A stretch of 64,000 nucleotides of DNA, from positions 15,589 through 79,588 of the IMG/VR virus record IMGVR_UViG_3300038530_004004, one strand, 5' to 3'. Shown here piece by piece: positions 57,801-64,000 of this stretch. This stretch comes from a virus (Duplodnaviria > Caudoviricetes). A model generated the notes under the pieces. The model did no database searches, had not been told where the DNA came from, and saw only the letters and a list, made by a program, of their open reading frames with translations. Numbering within the stretch: position 1 is the stretch's first letter; each line of letters opens with the position of its first letter. The position numbers and the translations under genes are program-made.

Positions 57801-58405
57801 TAGGCGACCCTGGTGGTAAGTATGAAGTAATATTTAAAGGTGATGATATTTTAAACTCTGTTCAAGTGTTTAGGATTAGTAACAAACCAACAAGTTATAA
57901 AGATTTTATAAACGATCCAACTTTTAATTTTGAGACGGTTGACACAGAAGAGGCCGCGGCCGCATCATTTATAGACAACATCATTCCAAATCAACATTAT
58001 TATTACTTTTTTAGAGGAATAGATATTCATGGTAACATGTCAAACCCCAGTTCAGTTTATAAAATTGTAATGATATCTGATATAAATTCTGCGCCATATT
58101 TAAAAGTTGAACTATTTAATTTTGAGAAAACAGAAAAATTTGTGGATTCAAAAACTTTTCAAAAATATTTATTTTTTGAAGCAAACAGTGACCACGATGT
58201 TGTTTCTTTTCCCGATTTGTCAACAGATTTAGATGGTAACGTATTTGGTGATTATGAAAACCAAAAGGTCGTCGTTGGCAAAAGCGGTGGATCGACTGTC
58301 CTTGGAAAGAAATATAAATTAAGAATAACATCAAAACAAACTGGTAGAAAAATAGACATTAACGTAAGGTTCAAAGAACCTAAAGATACCATAAATGATA
58401 TATAA
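54881..58405 (+). CDS. Large hypothetical virion protein with possible C-terminal FN3/Ig-like domain
   Basis: PPLPPQIQIVPY and FIDNIIPNQHYYYFFRGIDIHGNMSNPS (FN3-like 'P...Y.Y.+R..D..GN.S' pattern). Confidence 0.55.
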   Translation: MEIIDSVPQLITEPPGYYTNFIYLFNDPNQVVLSLITKDLIEQSGIDQKAGLYFDAKNSVRPEASLQQFLRKNAINVAVKTFNDNVGAVGVASIRLGDFPEGSSAPSDYLGNIRKENRDVSVEAELEGNGYYKKGAYMFTNMASSNKQRAFFRTSNDIALSPFNRHNFQIGQSFTPQGGAGEVQQAIAYKYDKITSYPGDLFDASAFHAPFLDRIGAAEFGESGIQDAQQRSKTVVLIAGKYVAVTFKPQGLLGLNTNAYKEYVLKSNGGGPGSPGYKTGFNPQDYELKPLGNFTSPARFTFTQDFWIQVRTSEDSAPNGFFHTQAVQRYFDNLIFESGPVSNINNPRRLILDSATKMGVPSGQGAFDTTLSQAGVKDMEPRYEGFYNYYDSQYEPSVTFDGFNILLGHGILPSIYDFLYLPNQFNQLSTILSFGTPELESEASNLFTLKNINNYLDNLSKTYREYIKGFLVNLDPAGEDKTNTLFAGYLKDFQYPDFGPAGAPANVVYNTPIAGFFDNYKNKFLHNLATREDFRQQVLSKRTSIPSFLNEIKNGIYFSEKTLDLFNQAQQLKTTFPFVMKIDIPTEDMGPIAKLLSEIDLLDSINTHAASLTMPFDVNNQLDSLNNLNDFGYSDFETIGKFYGGTVLSEPESGQFNLFDEINLKTFRMHFVKSPESEGAYSYQDDPFLFTDTIPNEGFNSENDPLAVFKSPADIYLDSFQEIGLDSPKNVFVYREDPLKNTTLFSNLLKTIQGEEFLSRIKNLFVEGRLMRTPKEIQDGRLAHQETLMYEIAKYNFVAGFDTPRYVQSIFVPISEFSNIPYIDTQVIPHANYLYKIFTHKVIVGTKYRMNKFEKGTNPNTGLEEIIERVADDLYKHNYLVQPYLQFVRVPYHNSEMVNTALNPINYSRIDDFPPLPPQIQIVPYKGVNNKLLFLFNGSVGEVSESPIPIFEGEDVMFQNIILSQKYKNLLRRVGDPGGKYEVIFKGDDILNSVQVFRISNKPTSYKDFINDPTFNFETVDTEEAAAASFIDNIIPNQHYYYFFRGIDIHGNMSNPSSVYKIVMISDINSAPYLKVELFNFEKTEKFVDSKTFQKYLFFEANSDHDVVSFPDLSTDLDGNVFGDYENQKVVVGKSGGSTVLGKKYKLRITSKQTGRKIDINVRFKEPKDTINDI

Positions 58406-58406
58406 T

Positions 58407-58415
58407 ACTATTTAG
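58407..58415 (+). promoter_or_regulatory. Candidate phage promoter motif (A)CTAnTTA
   Basis: ACTATTTAG upstream of the GAGGAG and ATG 58434. Confidence 0.45.
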
Positions 58416-58433
58416 TTAAAGAGGAGATTGTAA

Positions 58434-59423
58434 ATGGCTTTCTTAGATAATTCAGGTGATATTATATTAGATGCTGTATTGACAGATGCAGGAAGAAAAA
58501 GACTGGCTCAAGGAGATGGTTCCTTTAGAGTGGTAAAGTTCGCTTTTGGCGACGATGAAATTGACTATGAATCATTTCATGGTGGCCACCCATCCGGCTC
58601 TGCATACTTTGATTTAGAAATTCTACAAACACCAATTTTTGAAGCCTTCACGAACAATACTTCGACCATGAAGACCAAGTTGATTAGTTTAACAAATAAC
58701 AATCTTCTTTTTCTGCCGATTATAAAGTTAAATGAAAAGCTTTTTTCTACCGCGCCGACCGCTGAAGGCAGCGTATCACCGGGGACGCCGGACCCCTCCG
58801 CGTTTGGGTCTGGCTCTCATGTTGTTTATGTTGATCAAGATACTAAAAATTCATTGGACGAAATCGGCATCGATGTTAATACTTTTAGTGGCTACATTAA
58901 TGGGTATACAACAAATGATAATGAGAATCACATTAGAGTCGACCAAGGCTTGGATACCGATGAAATATCACCAGCTTTTAATATTGATCCCGAGTTAAAA
59001 GAAACACAATATATTGTTGAAATGGATTCTAGATTGTTAAGAATTTATGATATTAAGAGTGAAACAAAGGCGCTAGCGGCACCGTCTTTTATTGATGACG
59101 ATTTGATAGCTAGCTATTATCTAACTAAAACTGCCGGCAGTTATATTTCCGATATGTTACCTGGCAATACTGATGTGGATGGCGTAACAGAGTTGGGCGA
59201 AGATAATATTCAAGGCCCTCGCGGAACCAAGTTAAGATTAGGACTTTTAGCAGCAACTGACGTTGTTTCTTCAGATTTCTTGTTTAATACAATTGGAACC
59301 CAGCCTGGGGACACGGATGGAACAAATCCTTTCGCTTTTATTGACACTAACATTAGAATTACCGGCGTTACAACTGGTTACAAGATAGATATCCCAGTGA
59401 GAGTACTAAAAATTATAGACTAA
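58434..59423 (+). CDS. Virion protein resembling the N-half of a tail-collar fibre (DUF3751/P2 gpH N-terminal) domain
   Basis: AVLTDAGRKRLAQG...VVKFAFGD pattern; GAGGAG SD upstream. Confidence 0.55.
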   Translation: MAFLDNSGDIILDAVLTDAGRKRLAQGDGSFRVVKFAFGDDEIDYESFHGGHPSGSAYFDLEILQTPIFEAFTNNTSTMKTKLISLTNNNLLFLPIIKLNEKLFSTAPTAEGSVSPGTPDPSAFGSGSHVVYVDQDTKNSLDEIGIDVNTFSGYINGYTTNDNENHIRVDQGLDTDEISPAFNIDPELKETQYIVEMDSRLLRIYDIKSETKALAAPSFIDDDLIASYYLTKTAGSYISDMLPGNTDVDGVTELGEDNIQGPRGTKLRLGLLAATDVVSSDFLFNTIGTQPGDTDGTNPFAFIDTNIRITGVTTGYKIDIPVRVLKIID

Positions 59424-59435
59424 AAGGAAAAATAA

Positions 59436-60566
59436 ATGGCTACTACATTTAAAACTTTGTTAAATAGCGACATTGCTAACACACGAACCCTACTGCATGA
59501 GGCGATTCCGATTACAGGAACAATTGCTTCAGGAACTTATCAAAACAGCTCTGCAGGTCCCGAGGAGAATATTAAAACATTTGCTCATGGCATGTTTGAG
59601 GGAGTGTTTGATTATCCTTTTTTAAGCTCCTCTGCTAATCATATTTTTGATCTTTCTGTGGGATATAGTCCAAGAAGTTCACTATCATCATCTGAAAATG
59701 TGCAAAATGCAAAAAAGATTAACATCTATAATCAACACGCTCAAGTTTTAGTTGGCTATGATGTAACTGGGTCAATTCAGGATTTTGACCGAGATGGTAA
59801 TATCCTCAAAGGCGGCGACAAAATGGGCGAATGTTTTTTCGTAAATTTTGCTAGACTGCTAACAAAAGATGAAATCAAAAAAGATTCATTTAGACTTAGC
59901 TTTTATAGTAGCGCTAGTAATGTTACTGCAAGTAATAATAGACACGCATTGGAAACACTTGGGGATTACGGTGCAGTTACAAATTATAAAGTAAACTCAC
60001 CGGCAGGCGAATATGGCTTGCTTTATACCTCATCAACCGGTCAAAACGTTATCGAGGCAGGTACCGGGGTTAACCTTAACCCGCCACTTGGACACGTTTA
60101 TTATCAAGCGGGAATAGCTGTTTTAACCGCCTCGATATTTCAAGGTGCATTTAGTGACCCACAATCGATACCAGAGCCTTTAAGTGACGGCATCGAAGGC
60201 GGCGGATCAGGCGTGGTACAACCAATAAATGTCGTGTTAACAGGCTCAACCATAACTCAAGCATCTAATGGTTTCCGAGTAATGTTGGATGGTGTTGAGT
60301 TTAATAACACAACAGAATTAAATTCCACCATATACTTCTGCCGTGCAAATACACAAGATTACAACTACAGCTCAAATCCGACTTACGTAACTGGAAGTAA
60401 GATTAGAGTTAAAAATGATAATCCAAAAGCAGAACCAGTTGCTTACATTACAACTGTGGGTCTTTATTCTGCTGATAATGAGCTATTAGCGGTAGCTAAA
60501 TTATCGGAACCATTAAAGAAAACTCCTTCAAATGAAATAACCTTGAGGGTTAGATTAGACTACTAA
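59436..60566 (+). CDS. Virion protein with C-terminal DUF3751-like half
   Basis: YFCRA..DYNYSSNPTY...YITTVGLYSADNELLAVAKLSEPLKK...LRVRLDY. Confidence 0.55.
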   Translation: MATTFKTLLNSDIANTRTLLHEAIPITGTIASGTYQNSSAGPEENIKTFAHGMFEGVFDYPFLSSSANHIFDLSVGYSPRSSLSSSENVQNAKKINIYNQHAQVLVGYDVTGSIQDFDRDGNILKGGDKMGECFFVNFARLLTKDEIKKDSFRLSFYSSASNVTASNNRHALETLGDYGAVTNYKVNSPAGEYGLLYTSSTGQNVIEAGTGVNLNPPLGHVYYQAGIAVLTASIFQGAFSDPQSIPEPLSDGIEGGGSGVVQPINVVLTGSTITQASNGFRVMLDGVEFNNTTELNSTIYFCRANTQDYNYSSNPTYVTGSKIRVKNDNPKAEPVAYITTVGLYSADNELLAVAKLSEPLKKTPSNEITLRVRLDY

Positions 60567-60567
60567 A

Positions 60568-61776
60568 ATGCCTTATTATAAGTTTGGCCCAAAGGACATA
60601 TTAAGAAACAGGATAAAAGCCTATCCTGATAATACGTTTTTTGTTCACAGCGCTAGTGTTTATTATCGAAATAGAAATGATATAGCTGGTGCAAATGTAA
60701 GCAATGTAACACATGTGCCTACAGGTTTTGTTAGTTTGTATGAGCTTAATATTGATAGGGATTTTAGTAAACACACTTACGATCCAGATTCCAATACCGG
60801 CGTAAAAGCAAAAATATTTCCTTTTATTAGTAAGGGTTCATCTTTAAATTCTTTTAAAACAATTAGTGATAATAACTTTAATCAATTTTTATATGGTGAT
60901 ATAATAACAGGTAGTTATCCTTTATCTGCTTCAATCGTCAGAGAAACGTTTGAAAGCAGTACGAACCCTACTGGTTCGCACCTACTAGCGCTTAAGAATA
61001 CTTTAGATTATTATAAAACAACAAGCAAACACTATGCTTTTTCATCATCTGGAGATTGGGACAAATCACAACAAGATGTAACACTTATAAGCATACCAAG
61101 CATTTTTTATAGTTCACAAATACATAAGAAATCTGTTAAATTAGATTTTTTTATGTCTGGCGCTTTGGTGGCTAGATGCGAGGATTTGTACAGCAATGGA
61201 GAACTAATACAAACGAGCGGCACCGCATTTGCCCAATCAAATGGATCAGGTTCAGTTGCTGGTGTTGTTCTTTATAATGAGGGGTTTATATTACTAACTG
61301 GAAGCTGGAAGCTAACAGAAGAATCACATGATTTTGGCGTTCCGACACGCCAAGGGCAATGGTTAGACTTTGCAGCCGGAGCAAACGATGGGTTGTCTGG
61401 AACAGATTTAACACCTTCGGCCAGTTTTGCTTTAAGCTTTCAAGGTACGAATTACATAAATACGATGACAATGCATTGTGATGCGCCGTTAGGTGAATTA
61501 AATTATTCATCTAATCCAACTTTCACTGAATCGTCTGTTGAAGTTGGTATGGTTTCAAGTAGTGCTGGGTACTTTCAAGACAATACGGTTCTTATCACAA
61601 ATACTGTTAGTTCATCTTTCTATGATTATAACGCAGATTTTAAACCACAAACATTCATTAGTAAGATAGGCATATATGATGAAGATAGAAATCTCATCGC
61701 CGTAGCCAAGCTAGCAAAGCCAGTGAAAAAAACACAAGATATAGACTACACGTTTAAATTAAAATTAGACATTTAA
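60568..61776 (+). CDS. Virion protein, C-terminal paralog of 59436-60566
   Basis: LNYSSNPTF...FISKIGIYDEDRNLIAVAKLAKPVKK...FKLKLDI. Confidence 0.55.
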   Translation: MPYYKFGPKDILRNRIKAYPDNTFFVHSASVYYRNRNDIAGANVSNVTHVPTGFVSLYELNIDRDFSKHTYDPDSNTGVKAKIFPFISKGSSLNSFKTISDNNFNQFLYGDIITGSYPLSASIVRETFESSTNPTGSHLLALKNTLDYYKTTSKHYAFSSSGDWDKSQQDVTLISIPSIFYSSQIHKKSVKLDFFMSGALVARCEDLYSNGELIQTSGTAFAQSNGSGSVAGVVLYNEGFILLTGSWKLTEESHDFGVPTRQGQWLDFAAGANDGLSGTDLTPSASFALSFQGTNYINTMTMHCDAPLGELNYSSNPTFTESSVEVGMVSSSAGYFQDNTVLITNTVSSSFYDYNADFKPQTFISKIGIYDEDRNLIAVAKLAKPVKKTQDIDYTFKLKLDI

Positions 61777-61788
61777 GGAAACCATCAT

Positions 61789-62301
61789 ATGATATTAGGA
61801 TTAGATATAAGCACCAGCATAACTGGTTTTTGTATCTTGGACGGTGAAGGAGAGATAATTCGCTCCGGAGTTTGGGACACAAGAAATAAAAACAAGTTTG
61901 AAACATTTTTTGATAAAGTTCAACATGTCAAAGATGGCTTACAAGAAATAAAAGCACAGTACCCAATCCAGAAAGTATTTATAGAGAAACCTTTTATATT
62001 TTTTGGATCAGGAGGGTCTACAGCAAAAACTATGGCAGCTTTGCAAAAGTTTAATGGTACAATCTCTTGGATATGCTATGAGACGTTCAAGCATCAACCA
62101 ACCTACTTTACTGCCCAGCAAGCACGAAAACTTAACGAAATAAAGGTAGAAAAAGGTAAAGATACTAAAAAACAAATCCTACAATGGGTGCTTGACAATT
62201 GCCCTGACTTTAGTGTAGAATATACTCATAAAGGAAACCCACGACCAAAATATTTTGATATTGCTGATGCAATAGTAGTAGCGAAGGCAGGGCTAAAATG
62301 A
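61789..62301 (+). CDS. RuvC-like Holliday junction resolvase
   Basis: ILGLDISTSITG, VFIEKP and DIADAIVVA acidic catalytic motifs. Confidence 0.8.
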   Translation: MILGLDISTSITGFCILDGEGEIIRSGVWDTRNKNKFETFFDKVQHVKDGLQEIKAQYPIQKVFIEKPFIFFGSGGSTAKTMAALQKFNGTISWICYETFKHQPTYFTAQQARKLNEIKVEKGKDTKKQILQWVLDNCPDFSVEYTHKGNPRPKYFDIADAIVVAKAGLK

Positions 62302-62759
62302 ACTGGACTACCGGTGCAGGTAAATCCATTAACTTTTTCGATATCACACAAAAAATAAAATCTCATAATAAAAACAAAGGACAAGTCATTGTAGGTACAG
62401 ATTCTCATATTAAGATGGGAAAATGCACTTTTACAACCACCATTGTTCTTATCGGCGCAGAAAATCAAAAAGGAGGTCTTTACTTTTATAAAATAGAAAA
62501 GTATAATGACCCTGATAGATTTTATAACCGCATTCTTAAGGAAGCAGAGAAGTCAATAAACATGGCCATGAAAATAACAGAACTGTGCCCATCAACAAAT
62601 GTAGAAATACATATTGACATTTCACCAGAAGAATGTAATAATAGAACCTCACCTATGGCTAAAATGCTAGTAGGCTACGCAGTTGGATCTGGATTTGCTT
62701 GTAAAATCAAGCCTGATTCTTTTGCAGCTTCAGTAGTCGCAGACAAACATTCTAAATGA
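62298..62759 (+). CDS. RNase H-like protein (YkuK/DUF458 family)
   Basis: VIVGTDSH, RILKEAEKSI, EIHIDI, GYAVGSG and KPDSFAASVVADKH motifs. Confidence 0.75.
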   Translation: MNWTTGAGKSINFFDITQKIKSHNKNKGQVIVGTDSHIKMGKCTFTTTIVLIGAENQKGGLYFYKIEKYNDPDRFYNRILKEAEKSINMAMKITELCPSTNVEIHIDISPEECNNRTSPMAKMLVGYAVGSGFACKIKPDSFAASVVADKHSK

Positions 62760-63682
62760 GAAATAAAAAAAATATATTACGAGAAGTCCTTGGATCTGGG
62801 TATGATTCAAGAGACGAAACACTTTATCATTGTCCCTTTTGCAAACACCATAAAAAGAAACTGTCAGTCAATGTGACCAAAGGTTTTTTTAAATGCTGGG
62901 TTTGTGATACAAAAGGTGCAATATCTTACCTTATAAAACGTTTTGGATCTATAGATGACCGCCATGATTGGGCTCTATTGGATCAAGAAGTGGACTTTTC
63001 TACGATGGATTTAATTTTTAATCAGCCAGAAGAAAAGCTGCCCCCTGTAAATTTACCACCAGAATATATTTGTTTAGCAAAGAAAGGCTTGCCTCCCGCA
63101 GCTAATGATGCCATATCTTATTTATGGTCGAGGGGTATAGGTCAAAAAGATATATTATACCATAAGATAGGATTTTGCTTGACAGGTAAATATAAAAAGC
63201 GTATAATAATACCGTCCTTTGACGATGAGGGTAATTGTAATTATTTCACGGCCAGGTCATACAGTGGCGACTGGCTGTCTTATAAGAACCCTCCGGCGTC
63301 AAAAAATATTATTTTTAACGATCTTTTGATTAATTGGGATGAACCAATAACCCTAGTTGAAGGGCCATTTGATTCTATAAAAATAAAAAACTCTATTCCT
63401 ATATTGGGATCGACCCTAAAAGAAACAACAAAATTATTTAAAAAGATTGTTGAAAAACAAACAAAAGTTTATATTGGTTTGGACGAAGATGCCTTAAACA
63501 AATCAATGAAAATTATATCTTTACTTCTTGAGTATGGATTAGATGTCTATAAATTAGACACTTCTGATATTGAAGATATCGGGTCCATAACAAAAACAGA
63601 AGCTGAAGATCTAAAACAAGAGGCATCACAGATCGATCTAGAAAGTATTTTTAATATTTATTGGAGTATGAATGAGCTATAA
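62756..63682 (+). CDS. DNA primase (zinc finger + TOPRIM)
   Basis: HCPFCKH...FKCWVC zinc finger, RIIIP, YKNPP, LVEGPFD and GLDEDA motifs. Confidence 0.88.
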   Translation: MRNKKNILREVLGSGYDSRDETLYHCPFCKHHKKKLSVNVTKGFFKCWVCDTKGAISYLIKRFGSIDDRHDWALLDQEVDFSTMDLIFNQPEEKLPPVNLPPEYICLAKKGLPPAANDAISYLWSRGIGQKDILYHKIGFCLTGKYKKRIIIPSFDDEGNCNYFTARSYSGDWLSYKNPPASKNIIFNDLLINWDEPITLVEGPFDSIKIKNSIPILGSTLKETTKLFKKIVEKQTKVYIGLDEDALNKSMKIISLLLEYGLDVYKLDTSDIEDIGSITKTEAEDLKQEASQIDLESIFNIYWSMNEL

Positions 63683-64000
63683 AATCGCCCATATCGCAGA
63701 CACGCATATAAAAAATCTAAAATACCACACAGAATATCGTGAGGTTTTCTCTAAACTTTTCGAGCGCTTACGTGAAGAGAAGGTGGATTATATTGTTCAC
63801 TGCGGAGACATTGCACACTCCAAAACTAACATCTCTCCAGAGTTTGTAAAAATGTGTTCAGAGTTTTTAAGTGGGTTAAGTTTTATTGCACCGACCTATA
63901 TAATACTTGGAAACCATGACGGCAACTTGAAAAATAGTAGCCGAGAAGATGCTATTACTCCAATAGTTGATGCTTTGGATCTTCCAAACCTCTTCTTGTT
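63672..64000 (+). CDS. Mre11/SbcD/gp47-like metallophosphoesterase nuclease, 3'-truncated
   Basis: Not in the ORF track. My translation from ATG 63672 gives MSYKIAHIADTHIKNL...VHCGDIAH...ILGNHDG (DxH, GD and GNHD motifs). Confidence 0.88.
   Translation, partial: MSYKIAHIADTHIKNLKYHTEYREVFSKLFERLREEKVDYIVHCGDIAHSKTNISPEFVKMCSEFLSGLSFIAPTYIILGNHDGNLKNSSREDAITPIVDALDLPNLFL

Noticed and set aside
54644-58405. Stop-codon readthrough joining the 74-aa ORF to the 1174-aa ORF (same frame)
   Set aside because: Two stops (TAA 54866, TGA 54875) intervene and the downstream ATG has its own AAGGTG SD-like site.
18-62468. Numerous short minus-strand and nested plus-strand ORFs in the ORF track (e.g. 34162-34503, 49314-49727, 48234-48596)
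   Set aside because: They lie antisense to or inside well-supported long genes, lack motifs and SD sites, and look like shadow ORFs.
1-64000. Alternative genetic code (TAG/TGA recoding) as seen in some huge phages
   Set aside because: Standard code already gives near-complete coding density with ORFs up to 3263 aa, and TAG/TGA stops (e.g. 29890, 49987) end genes at sensible boundaries.
1-64000. tRNA, rRNA, CRISPR arrays, structured ncRNA, self-splicing introns
   Set aside because: No intergenic gap exceeds about 45 nt; no repeat-spacer arrays, interrupted genes or homing endonuclease/intein motifs were seen.
1-64000. Giant eukaryotic virus (NCLDV) or bacterial chromosome origin
   Set aside because: Shine-Dalgarno sites, overlapping operonic genes, a sigma-like factor, gp25/gp6-like baseplate and TOPRIM primase point to a bacteriophage; no integrase, att site or host housekeeping genes are present.

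Overview
This window is a densely coded, AT-rich segment with every credible gene on the + strand and intergenic gaps under about 45 nt. It is best read as part of a large (jumbo-type) contractile-tailed bacteriophage genome. Support comes from AAGGAG-type Shine-Dalgarno sites, a phage sigma-like factor, gp25/W-, gp6/J- and gpI/gp7-like baseplate genes, and a RuvC-like / primase / Mre11(SbcD)-like replication block. Layout: (1) 1-3378 PIN-PhoH, a HEXXH peptidase-like ORF, a Cas4/AddB-like nuclease and hypotheticals; (2) 3386-25418 an uninterrupted 24-gene, ~22 kb glycan locus with 6 glycosyltransferase genes, a PseB-like dehydratase, a NodU carbamoyltransferase, two thiamine-diphosphate enzyme pairs, three Fcl-like SDRs lacking the catalytic Tyr, two AKRs with ParB/Srx-like tails, a TylF methyltransferase, RmlC, a DmhA/WcbK-like dehydratase and a heptose kinase / nucleotidyltransferase-HAD / cupin module; (3) 25420-27145 small genes and the sigma factor; (4) 27148-61776 the baseplate/tail module, including a gp5-like protein carrying an alpha/beta-hydrolase and a MepA-like peptidase and a 3263-aa LamG protein; (5) 61789-64000 resolvase, RNase H-like protein, primase and a truncated Mre11/SbcD-like nuclease. 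The most striking candidate system is a phage-encoded pathway for a heavily tailored (6-deoxy-heptose-like, C-branched, O-methylated, O-carbamoylated) nucleotide sugar whose target (virion, host surface or phage DNA) is unknown. All family calls come from motif recognition by eye; no database search was run.
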